DNA of 64,000 nucleotides, taken from Podarcis cretensis (lineage: Eukaryota). The notes beneath the pieces are model-generated. The model was not told the origin of the DNA and did no database searches. It saw only the letters and a program-made list of their open reading frames with translations. This document shows positions 13,364-25,200 of this stretch, one piece after another. Each line of letters begins with the position of its first letter. Position 1 is the first letter of the stretch. Made by a program: the position numbers and the translations under genes. The DNA lies in contig OX638150.1 in the NCBI GenBank assembly GCA_951804945.1, forward strand, positions 51,150,001-51,214,000, read 5' to 3'.

Positions 13364-14879
13364 TGTTGTGTTTTAATTATTTACTGTTTTTTATTCTGTA
13401 TTTTAGTCTGCAAACCACCCTAAGATCTTATGGTGAATGGTGGTAAATAAATCTAATAAAATAACGGAAGAAGAAGACAGCACACAGTTCTTTTGTTCAA
13501 ACAGTGTATTAGGTAAGAAATCTTTTCTTTTTTAAAAAAGAAAGCAGAACAAGCCTACAATTTTCCACAGAGATAAAGACATTCCATGTACAGTTCTTCA
13601 TTCAGAAGGTGATCATACTGATTTGAACTGGGATCAGAGGCATTGCTAATGGCCAGTCCAGTCCAATCCAATCCAAAGAAGTTGAAAATAGTATTCCAGA
13701 AAGTGCTGAGGCCTCTGCAAAGCTCACCGCCTTTCCTTTACAAGCCAGCACTTTCTACGCCCGCTTGAAATTCTGGAGTACGATTCATCAGTTATGTCCA
13801 CTGCATCATTAGAACGGAAGGAAGTCTCAGATTCAGATGCAGTGCCCCCAATGATTACACACCTAGCTGGGTATAGTTTCATGTCTTCTTAACATTTTAA
13901 AAAATGTTTATTCAAAGGACATTGTCAAGAGAGAATTGTGTCTGTTTCCTTCAGGAATAAGAGAGGGGCACTGGCTGTTCCTAGTCAGGGGGTGGGGGAA
14001 CAGTGCTGATTTGGGGATTTATAAGATTAAAATCCCCCCACGCCCGCAGATAGTGCTTATTGGATTAATAGGCTGCTAGATGTCCCACTAATGGGCTGAG
14101 AGAATGAAGCTGGAAGAATGGAAAGGGAAAGCCATTAAAAAGAACCATTGCCACATTCTGTTAGGGCATAGCCAGGGCTGTGTCCATTATACAAACTTGT
14201 GCAAATGCAGAAGACGTGGGGTTTGGTTAAGTAGCGAGCGCAAAATTCAGCCCTCAGAGAACCCCAGCTTTCATATTTCAGAAAAGCAAGAGGCTGGTGG
14301 AATCTCTGAAGTCAGACTGGGGCTCAGAAAGCGCTCCAAGTCCAGCACTTCCAGTATGTCTCTCTAAGGGTCCTGGGGCAAGCAATATACAACTATGATG
14401 ATGAAGAGGAGAATAAGTCAAGCAAATTAATATTTTTTGTATTCATGGAGGATAGTGCTACCACTAGCAACAGCTACTACCAACGCTCACAAAATGCAGT
14501 CTCCATGCACAGTGGCAGTGTATCTGATTAGTAGAAACTGGGAGCAAACCTCAGGGGGGTGGCTGGTCTGTTAACTTCCATGGGCCCCTGCTTTTTGCTG
14601 TGGAGAAACAAAATGGTGGCCTAGACAGACTTTGGCTGTTCTGGTGGGTTGTTTTTTTTTATATGCAAACATGTTTAATTTATATAATGCATGCAAATCA
14701 CAGAATTTGATTCTTTTTTGTGGTGCAGAATTTTGATTTAAAGAAGTAGAAGAGGAAGAAGAAAGCAAGCAGCACAGTGCACACATAGCTCTGGAGGTGG
14801 CTAAGGCAGAGGAATGGGAATCAAACGGCAAAGAAACGTAAGGCATTTGGCTGGCCACCATTGGAAACATGAGGCTCGA

Positions 14880-15016
14880 CAGGGTGGAGAATCTGTGGCC
14901 TTGCAGATGTTGCTGGACTCCCAACTCCCATCAGACTTGGGCAGCATGGCCAGTGGTCAGGGATGATGGGAGTTGTAGTCTATGGCACCTGGAGGGCTGC
15001 AGTATTCCCATCCCTG
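14880..15016. mobile_element. Older palindromic MITE (relatives at ~20463-20595, 27497-28180, 29745-29870, 39911-40025, 40960-41097, 57803-57940)
   Basis: Shared core gactacaactcccatca...tgatgggagttgtagtc with cagggatggggaa-type ends. Confidence 0.8.
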
Positions 15017-15164
15017 GGACAAACCCTCAGCTTGATCCAGCAGGGCACTTCCGATGTCTGTATGCCAAGCGCTGGGCACAAGAGGACAAGAGAGGAAGTC
15101 GACTCATTGCAAGGCCTGTGCTCCAGGACCACCTCCTTCCTTGGCCTGGACTTGGGATCAAGAG

Positions 15165-15169
<5 letters not shown>

Positions 15170-15199
<30 letters not shown>
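15170..15199. repeat. (GT)n microsatellite in the probable ABLIM3 3' UTR
   Basis: Direct reading. Confidence 0.97.
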
Positions 15200-15200
<1 letters not shown>

Positions 15201-15586
15201 TGCTATAATGCCCAAGACTGCCTGACATTCATGTAAGAAAAAGAGAGTTCGATATAAAAACAGGACCCCGCCTCCTCCCTGCCCCCTCGAAAAAACTCCC
15301 CCCCCCGAAGAACAGCTACATTAAAAAAAGAGAGAAAGGAATAAAGGAAAGAGCATAAAAGAGAGAGCATAAAAATATCTGTGAGTCTTCAGTTCACGCT
15401 ACAGGCTTCCAAAGAGAGCAGCCAGGGCTCCCACTGTACAACAAAAAGAGTTATACAGAGTTTCAATATAGAGATCTTTCTATATATAGATATATATAAT
15501 ATAATTATATATATGTATATATTTATAGGTATGTATATACATATATATATATATTTATTTATAATGTACGGTGTTTGTTGGTTTGT

Positions 15587-15700
15587 TTAAAATAGCCGGG
15601 CCTGCTTCTTCAGCTCGTTCCTCTTCCACAAGGCCAGGCGATCAAATTCAGCGATGGTCATGCCAAACACCTGGTAAAACTCCTCTGGCGACAGGTGGCG
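15587..15700 (-). CDS. ABLIM3: ABLIM3 last coding exon: [37 protein letters not shown] (villin headpiece)
   Basis: 114 nt; cctccag| acceptor; TAA at 15587-15589. Confidence 0.97.
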   Translation of the reverse strand, partial: RHLSPEEFYQVFGMTIAEFDRLALWKRNELKKQARLF

Positions 15701-16198
15701 CTGGAGGGAGAGCAGAGACAGGCATCATGTTGCACGGGGCTCATGGGCAAGAGAGACAGTGTGTGCATCCAAGCAGGAATTGCAGGAGCGGTGGTACGTA
15801 GTGCTGACGCGAGGCCTAATGCACACTCTTAGAATCATAGACTCATAGAGGATCATCTAATCCAGTGTTTTTCAACCAGTGGGCCGTGGCACCCTGGGGT
15901 GCATTGAATGGTGATCAGGGGTCCCGTGGGCTACACTGGCCTCCATCCCTCTTTCCTTCCCTCCCTCCTCTGATGCCCTCTTGCGTCTCTGCCTCCCAAA
16001 GGCTTGCACAGCTGTTTGTTGCAGCATCCCTGGCTAGAAGCTCTGTAGGTAAATGGTGCTTCTGGGGCTGGCAAGGGGGCGCTTCCTAGGCTCCTGTAGG
16101 GCAGTGTGAAGAGGCACCTCTCTTTGGGGCAGGGGGGCAGGGCAGAGACCAGGGGTGGCAGCTGTGGCTGCCCAGAGGACTCTCAAGGAGAGTGGAGG

Positions 16199-16264
<66 letters not shown>

Positions 16265-19200
16265 GGAGGCTGAGGGAACACTCCCCAAGGGGTGAAGGGC
16301 TGTCAGCTCTGCAGGCAAGGGGCACAACTGGGCTCCTGAACCCCACAGGGGTGCTGCAGAAAGAATGTAGTTGTTCAAGGGAGCAGTGGACCCAAAAAGG
16401 TTGAAAACCTCTGATCTAACTGAAATCCCTGCCATGCAGGAATATGTAGCTGACCCATATGGGCATCAAACCTGCAACCTTGGCCTTATTAGCACCACAC
16501 CCTAACCAAGTGAGCCATCCAGTGGTCTTCTATCCTCATTACCGAGACCTTAAGTTACTGGAGGCTGGCAGAGGAAACTTGGATGTGGCCCGAGGCACTG
16601 ATTTGGAATGCTTACAGCTGGCCATTGACCAAGCCGGATAACTGGGGTCTAGTGCAGGGATGGGGATCTCTTCCCATGCTGGCAAGGGTGGGTGAGAGTT
16701 GGAGTCTCTAACGACAAGTCTACGGCCACAGACTCCTCATCGTTGATATAATGTGCACTGCCTGGATATCCCTATGGGGAAATATACCAGTTGCCAGAAG
16801 CCACAGAAGGGGAGCGGGCTTTTGTGCTCAGGCCCAGTTTGCCAAGGTTTCCCACAGGCATCTGGTTGGCTACAGTGAGAACAGGATTCTGGACTACCTG
16901 GGCCTTTGGCCTAATCCAGCAGGGCTGTCCCAGTGCGTACCCAGTGGCATAGGTAGTTACTTGGGTGCCCGGGGCAGCATGTATGCCCTGCCCCTGGGGG
17001 CAGGGAAAGCCACATGGGGGAGCTGGGCCAGGGTACGCAACGTGGAGCTTCCAAGAAGTCCTTGCTGCCTCCCCCTCAGTTGTAGTGCAGCTGGGGGGGA
17101 AGCAGTGGGCAAATGCAAGCCCCATGCTGCCGTTTCGGGCAGTGCGGAGCCTGAAGGTGCCCGAGCCACCATGTCACTCCAAGGGGAGACGTGTGGCTCA
17201 GGTGCACTGCAGGCCTCACAGTAAGTGCCGCCCCCTGACCTCTAGCTACACCTCTGTGCATACCACCTTGAGCTCCATGATGAAAGAAAGGCAGCATATG
17301 CATGTAATAAAATTAAAACATAGCACATTATGGTATCTCATGTACTGAGCAATGCTACAATTTGTATAGTAATAATAATAATAATAATAGTAATAATAAT
17401 AATGATGATATTTACAGCTATAAATCCCATTTCTCTGTATCTCCAATTGTGAGGTAGAGTAGGGATCCCTTGGTGTCACCGGCTGTTACAACAGGAAGGA
17501 TATGGTAAAATGTGGAAAAATTATGCTCACCAGAGGTAAATGGCAATACACAACTGGCTCCCCATGTGACCAAACAATCGCTGCTTACAAACGACTGCTT
17601 GATAAAGTTATTTTTAGACATCCTTAGAGTGCAATAGATCATTTACACCACTTGAGGATTCAACTTCATTTTTTGATTCAGCATTTTCCCTAATGAATAA
17701 GTAAAGCACCCTCAATGGATGCACATTTAACCTAAAAAGGTCAAAGGGAGGTTGTTCCATAGGTTCCTATTGCAACTTATTCCTTTGATCAAGTACCCTT
17801 ATAGTGAGCCAGGGTTGGGGTGAGTGGAAATGCTGCCTTGAGCTCTTAAGGAGCAGGCAGGGGCTTTATCTCTGATCTTAGTGCTGTAGTACTTAGCACT
17901 AAGATCTAGAAATGAAAGACCTCTCTGCCTGTTCTTTAGGGATTCACACCAGAGAGAAGCAAAGGGAACTTTCCAGCTGCCGCCTCCATTAGTGGAGTGG
18001 AACGGCTGGGAATGCTGATTGCACAGGCAAAAGCCTGTCTGCATGCCCGTCTGTCATGTGAGAGTGTATGTCTGTGTGTGACTGCATGTATGAGAAAGTG
18101 GATGAGTGGTGTGTGCCTGGTGCATGTATATTTGAGACAAGAGGCGGGGGGGGGGGAGAGAAGAGAAGTAAAGGTGCCCACCATTGGAACATGGACCCCA
18201 GAAGGTTAGTCAAACTCCAGCCTGACCCTTACGCTGAAATAGGCTCCCCACCCCTGAACTAACTGACCGGATTAGTTCCAGGTCCTGGGCAGGAGCATTG
18301 CAAGAGCCAGCTTACCTCCAGCCTAGTCCTGTCCACATCTTTGGGCAAGCGGTTTCTCCCCCTTGTGGTTACCAGAAGCAGCTCGTAAGGGTATATCTAC
18401 AGGAGGAGGAGGGAGAAAAACAGACTGCTGGGCCACAGATTTCTAGTTCATCCACACAAAAAGAAGAAACGGGTAGAGACAGCCTGCCTGGAAGAAACTT
18501 GCGCCCACAAGTTGTTTTTGTTTTAAACCTACGACAAACCTTTATCTGAATGCAGGTTGCCATCCACTGAGCATGCCAGGAGTGACCCTAACTTGGCAAT
18601 ATACACCTGAATAGCAAAACTTCAACACAAGATGACGTACACAGCACAAAGCAAAAACTCTGGCCTTTTAGGGAAGCAGGCTTGTTGCACAAGAACTCGC
18701 AATCAAGTGCTTGAATCCCACTTGAAGGACCCTGAGGACACCTTTGTCCAGGTAGAAGGAGCACTCAAGACCACTGCAGGCCAGGAGCACCTAGGGGAAG
18801 AGGAGGCTTTCTTCTGGCCAGATGTTGATACAGATCCTGCAGATCAGCATTTCAGGTGGCAAACAGACCTAAGGTTCTAGAATTCTGCAGGATTCCTCGG
18901 AAAGTGTTACCTTGTATTCTGTAAGAGATGATAAGAGGGAGGGAGGGAGAGAGAGAAAGAGGTCAGTGTCTAATCCCTTTTTTCCTTTCCTTTGCAATCA
19001 TAGAGTCTGTGCCATTGCAAACTCTCGTGATGTTTGCACTAAGAGGCATTTATTATGTCCTATGGGAATGTGAAGCTAGTCACTCAGTATGCAGAGCTGC
19101 CTACACTCTGCACTTAGAACAAATGAAATGCAGTGCAGCACCACTTATCCAAGTTCTGCACCATGAACATATGAATTAAGTGATCTCTACATATGCAGTT

Positions 19201-22200
19201 TTTATTGTAATGAGATAGGGCAGCTTGCTTTGAATGCTCTTTCAAGGATTTCCCACTCCAAATCTTTTTTGTGTCTGTGGTTATCCAAGATAACACCCTT
19301 AAGGAGGCCCAAAACTGGTTGGACAACTTCTGCCTGGCAAATCCCCTCCTGTGTGGAGAACAGCATTGATAACATTGGAATGGCTGGGCCTTGCTTGACT
19401 AAGGAAATAGCCAGGGAGTTTCTGGAAGGAGGGTTACCTTCAACCTCCCTCCTCACAGCAATGGAATGTGCAAATTTAAATCATTTTGTGAAATACAAGT
19501 TTAGACTGAGAGAAGATCAGGCTGAGGTAGGGAAGCTTAGCTGGAGCTCTGGAAGCATCATGAGGGCGCAAGCCTCCTACTACTTTTCAGAAATCTGATG
19601 AAGAAGTATATGTTGGGGTGCTAAGCCTCCAAATATGTTCAGTCTATATATGTGTGTAAATAAACCATATATCAGAACCCACTGGACAGTCCGTAGTAAC
19701 TTCTTTCTAAAGAAACCACACCTTAAGGAAATGCTGGAACCTCTGAAACTTCACTGCTCAGAGAGCTGGGCTTGCGGATATTTCCTAAGTGTGCACAATA
19801 TATTCTGTGTCTCCTAGTTTTGGGGAAGGCCATTAAACGATCTAGAGGCCTGAAGTCCTACCATCTGGCTACTGGAAATACTGATCGGCCTCCCTCTTGC
19901 ATCAGGGATTTCTCCAGGCATTGATGGCACCCTTTCAAGCCTATCTTCACAGCTGCAAGATTTGGACAGGCTTGGGGCACAATCTAAGTCCAAATTCAGC
20001 AGTATTAAATCCCATTGATTACAGCAGGAAAGATTTAAGTGTTTACTTATAGGGTTGCCTTATTACTTAAGTCTGCCAAGCAACTTAAAACAACTTATGC
20101 ACATTGGGGATTTTGTCTTCACTTTGAAATAAATAACAATAATCAATAACAATATCTATCTATCTACTCAGCGGTAATCTCCACTGAAACCCGTGGGACT
20201 TACTCCTAGATAAGTATGCATACTAGCAAGCATTAACTCTTGCATAACATCTCCGAGAGCCTCTGGTACAGGGTTTAGGAGTGCTGTTACAGGATTTAGG
20301 AGTGCACACACTGGGCTCCACCAAAGCTTCTGTTCTCAAACAGAACACACTCACCTCGCATCCCCCAGTTAACGGCATTCGTGCTGTCGTAATGGAAGAG
20401 TTCAGCGCTGGGAGGCTGCAGAGGAAACAACAATACGGAGAAAAGAGTGGTCAGCATGTGGGCCAGGAGTGGGGAACCTGTGGCCCTCCAGATGTTGTTG
20501 GACTCCAACTCCCATCAGTCCCAGTCAGCATGGCTGATGGTCAGGGATGATGGGAGTTGTAATCCAGCAACATCTAGAAGGCACAGGTTCCCATGATAGA
20601 GCTTCTGATAGTACAACATGAGGTTCTTAATCTCTAGGTTGTGGGTTCAAGCCCCACGTTGGGCAAAAGCTTCCTGCATTGCATCGTGGTCACTTCCAAC
20701 TTCCAACACTTACAATTCTACGATTCTATGGCCCATCCTGATATGGCCAATCCCATTAAAACCCACTCTGCTCTTTTATAGTTACTTCCTTAGCTGCTTA
20801 ATGGAGGAGTTTTTAAACTCTTTGCCAATACAGTCATACCTCATGTTATGTTGCTTCAGGTTGCACATTTTCAGGTTGTGTCCCGCGGCGACCCGGAAGT
20901 AATGGAATGGGTTTCTTCCAGGTTTTGCCGCTCACGTATGCGCAGGTGCTCAAAATGACATCACGCGCATACGCAGAAGCAGCAAATCACGACCAGCGCA
21001 CACGCAGATGCGGGTTGCATTCTGCTCATGTTGCGAACAGGGCTCCAGAATGGATCCTGTTCACAACCAGAGGTACCACTGTATATGTGTGAGGCGGGAC
21101 AGAGGAGAGATTAATCAGTGAATTATAGGGAACAACTGAGTGGTGTACCCTAAAGGCCAAGAGCACAGCCTCCTCCTCCATTTTTAAGGGAAACATCCTT
21201 ATGCCAACAGTATCCCAACCCACTACTAATAAGACTCCTGTGGCAAGCGATCTGAGAATCATTGTGCTATCATTCTGCCAGGGCGAAAGTACTTCTGTTT
21301 ACTTTTTTACTAGACTTGCATGCCATTCTGCTTCCAGAGAGTTAAAGGCAGCGTACATGGGGTTATCCCATTTTGTCCTCACAAAAATCCTGTGAGGTAG
21401 GCAAGGGTGGGGGTAGTGCCAGATACAACAAATGGGACTGGCTAGTGGAAGTACAGTGGGACTCCCCCCCCTCTCCTCCCCACACATTGGCTCTAAATGG
21501 GTCGGAGGAGCCCCCAGAACAGCACATTGGGGGGGGGGAGCAAGAGAGGGGAGGTTGTTTCCTCCATGGCACAAGCATTTCAGCCTGCCAGATGGAACAA
21601 TCTTCTTAGCGCTGCATTGAATCCCTCCCCTGAGTTCCTAGCATTTGTGGAACCTGAGAGACTTGTGCAAGCACCGTTCTTTTCATTCTTTTGTGAGAAA
21701 CTAGCCTTTCAGCGCTTGACTTTGCTACTCCCAATCCCCAGAAAAAATTCCTGTGGATCACGCCTGCATTTTCAGGAGGCGCTGTGGCTTTCTCCACCCC
21801 TGAGCTCCCACTGAGAATCCAATCTGCTCATCTCTTCCTGGGGGAATCTCTGCAGCAGCTGCTTCTTAGCAACTGCCTCGGAGCCCCTGTGAGCCCTCTT
21901 GGCATGAGGGGAATGTGTGGGCTCCAAGAGGAAGGAAGCAGTCCCTACTTTTGAACCCAGCACTGGAAAGTCTGAGCCCAGGATTGAAGAGGGCTCCAGA
22001 GGTCCTTGGACTTCCTTTTCCCAAAGGGTCAACCAAAGGCTGAGAGTCAGCAGAGGCCCTCTTACCCTGTGCAGCCCATTCCTTCTGTAGGCAGGAAGAG
22101 AGGCAGATTTTGAAATGAGGGGATCTGAAACAGAGAACAGGTTTTGCAAAAGTCAGAAGACGCAGGCTTCCCCATTGCCTAGGAAAAGGAACAGTCTCTA

Positions 22201-25200
22201 GCGCACAGGCATGGCAGAAAATTAATTGTAGTAGGAAGAACAGGAAAGTTTTAATTCTTTACACACGAGTAACACGACTGCTATTGACATTATTATCTTG
22301 TCTTCCTCCAAGGAACTCAGGGTGGTGTGCCTGGTTCTCTACCTCCCATTTTATCCTCGCAACAACCCTGTGAGGTAGATTAAGCTGAGATATAGCAACT
22401 GGCCGAAGGACCCCCAGCGATGTTCCTGGCTGAGTAGGGATACACCTCCCCAAGCCTTGTCAACACCCTAACCACTCTACTCCACTGTCCCTCAAGGAGT
22501 TGCATCTTGAGGAGTGGCAGAAGGCATTCCACTAGAGACATGTTTGAGGCAGTAACTTAGGGCTCTCTGCGAACGTAAGAAATGAGTCTCTGTTATTCTT
22601 GCATTGCAAAGGGTTGGGCTTTGGGTGCCTTTCAGCTCTACAGCTCTATGACAAATAAACTGAAAAAATGGACAATCTCCCTTTAATGGCATTATAAAAT
22701 CTGCCTGCTGGGCTTGGCCACCTCACCCTGTCCAACAGCAGGACCAGTCCTGTCTCTCAGTCCCTCCTCATTGAGATTACCAATCTATTTATGGTAAGCC
22801 TGACATTGATAGAGGAGCACAACCCCAGGCTTAACTAAGGGCCTACTGCACTTCACTAGCACAACAGAGAGTAGAACCTCATTTCTATCTCCCTCCCACC
22901 TAGATTCTATAGTCCTGAAAGGAAGAAACTGCTTTGGTTCTAAAAAGTCCTCCTTGTCAGAAGTGGATGAAAGAACACAAAGTGAAAGAGGCAGGAGGCA
23001 GAGCGAAACGTACCACTGTCAGCCAGGTAATGTGAACGGGGTGCTGTGGAGGAAGACAAAGCAACAAGTCAGGCATGCACACAGAGTATGTTTCACAGCA
23101 GTGCAAGCTTGAACACACCCCACAGGCTGAATCACACATTCAAAGCCCATATGATTCTGTACACAGATAAAGACGGCTGTGAACAACGTGGCACATTGAG
23201 ACAACTGCGGTGCGTGTGGCAAGGGAATATCGTTGCAATTGTGAAAATGACTGCTAGCTATCTTCAGGTATTGCTTGGTTCACATTATGTGGACAGTGTC
23301 ATTCTATGGTATCATCACTAGGTGGCACTGGACTTCGTTGTACTTGGTGGAAATAAAGTTCTTGTCAAGCTTCATTACTGGTGTGTTTTCTAAGAGCCAA
23401 ACTACATATTACATCAATGTGTAGTGTGCAGCTATGACTGTGGATTATTATTATTTTTAATCAGTTACAGGTGTGTGTGGCATTGAAGATCGCCCTGCAT
23501 GGCTAGGAGACTTAGGGGGGAAAAATCAATGTCAGCTTGACTGATGTAAATATTTCCCCTCTCCTCCCCCTGGGGAGTTCTTAAGATATCTCCAGAGCTT
23601 ATTATGGGGTGCGTGGGGGGGGGAGGGGAAGTTCTACTGTGCTAGTGGGATATATTTTGCTAGTTCGTGCTAGCACATCACCTCATTTGAATCCAGCCCT
23701 TAGGGAAAAGTTCCCATTAAACCCAATGGAAATTTTTAAATTTAAGCCTCCCAACTGCAGGGAGGTGGGATTTTCACCCCAATTGTAGCAGAAGATTTAC
23801 AGTTGTACCTTGGGTTACAGATGCTTCAGGTTACAGACGCTTCAGGTTACAGACTCTGCTAACCCAGAAATAGTACCTCAGGTTAAGAACTTTGCTTCAG
23901 GATGAGAACAGAAATCGTGCTCCGGCAGTGCGGCGACAGCAGGAGGCCCCATTAGCTAAAGTGGTGCTTCAGGTTAAGAACAGTTTCAGGTTAAGAACGG
24001 ACCTCGGGAACAAATTAAGTTCTTAACCCAAGGTACCACTGTACCTTCCTCCATCTCAACACACTGTTATCTAGACAACAATTGGACCCCCTGTATTTGC
24101 AACCAAATAGAGGAAATCCAGAGATGTAGCTGCACACTATGCATTAAGTGTAACATGTAGCTTGGCTCCAAGCCCTTAATGACAATGCTGACTTTTTCTC
24201 CATTTAGTCTTATACTAGGACACTTGACTGTGGAGAAGTAAGTGATGCAAGGGGGGAAGGAGACACGTGGGTGCTGTTTAATGCTTTCCCCTACAGCCAT
24301 TTTGCTACACAAAATGCCCTCCCTCCCAGAAGAAAAACAGCTGAGGAGGGGCCAATTTCGAGCAAAAAATAATAATAATGCTGAATTTTACTAGCTTCTC
24401 TTCCTCCCCAACCCAAATTTCTCTGCTTAAAATTAATTCCTTCTGAGGCTGTTTTTTTTAAAAAAAGAGAAGCTGGAAAGGTAAACATGACTATGTGCCA
24501 TATCTAGTTTGGACTTTTTAGTAACTAAAAGCAACAACCCAGAATGACTAGCTGCTGTGAGCTGTTGATGGCCCCATCTAGTGGCCAGCTGATGCAATTG
24601 CAGGAGCACATTTTTGCCCCTCACCCACACTCCTTTGGCAGGAGGGGGGGGGGCGGGGAAGGAGAAAGGGAGGTGGGATAATGTGGAAGTTCATCAAAGA
24701 TTAATGAAATATTCCTTCAGGCTCCGGCTGGTAGGGTGCCCCAGGGAAAGCAATAGCGTGAGAGCGTACGTGTCCGAGAAGGTGTGCAAGTTAACCCTGG
24801 GAATGCAGACATAGATAAAGGCTTATATATAGTTTGCCAAATAAACTCTGGCATCGTGGAATGCATGATTCCCGTGAACATGATTTTATTGTCGAAGATT
24901 TCTCTGTGAACTCGAGCACTAGAGGGCAGCACATTGACCATTATTCTTGATCCCTGAAATTTTAATCACCCCAGTTTGGTACAATATGCTTGACACACAA
25001 CAAACAAATGGGGGAAATGACAAGTAATCTCTCCAAACACCAACTCACTGATGAGATGAATGAAGAGAGATTTTGATCTCCCTTCGCCCAGACATAGAGA
25101 TGTGCTCTGTTTGCTATTAGAACCACAAAGATCACTAGCCAGGGCAGGTGCAGGGTAGGCGGAGCCAGTGTAAAATGGTGCAAAAATTGGGGTAAAAATG

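Larger units (their letters stand above)
13480..15586 (-). other. ABLIM3: Probable ABLIM3 3' UTR (~1.7-2.1 kb; end uncertain)
   Basis: Follows the stop codon. Minus-strand polyA hexamers: AATAAA at 15554-15559 and 13907-13912, and variant AATACA at ~13505-13510 followed by a GU/U-rich tract (tgtgtgctgtcttcttc). Confidence 0.55.
15829..16520 (-). mobile_element. tRNA-derived SINE with CR1-like tail, interrupted by a hAT-type element
   Basis: Head ggatggctcacttggttagggtgtggtgctaataaggccaaggttgcaggtttgatgccc (16520-16460); tail ctatgagtctatgattcta (15849-15830). Confidence 0.7.

Noticed and set aside
16034-16435. Poly-Tyr, poly-Leu and poly-Asn ORFs
   Set aside because: Translations of the (AAT)n microsatellite inside a transposon
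20605-20670. Functional tRNA-Lys gene
   Set aside because: 5' acceptor stem and A box are missing or degenerate, and it continues into a CR1-like tail, so it is a SINE head
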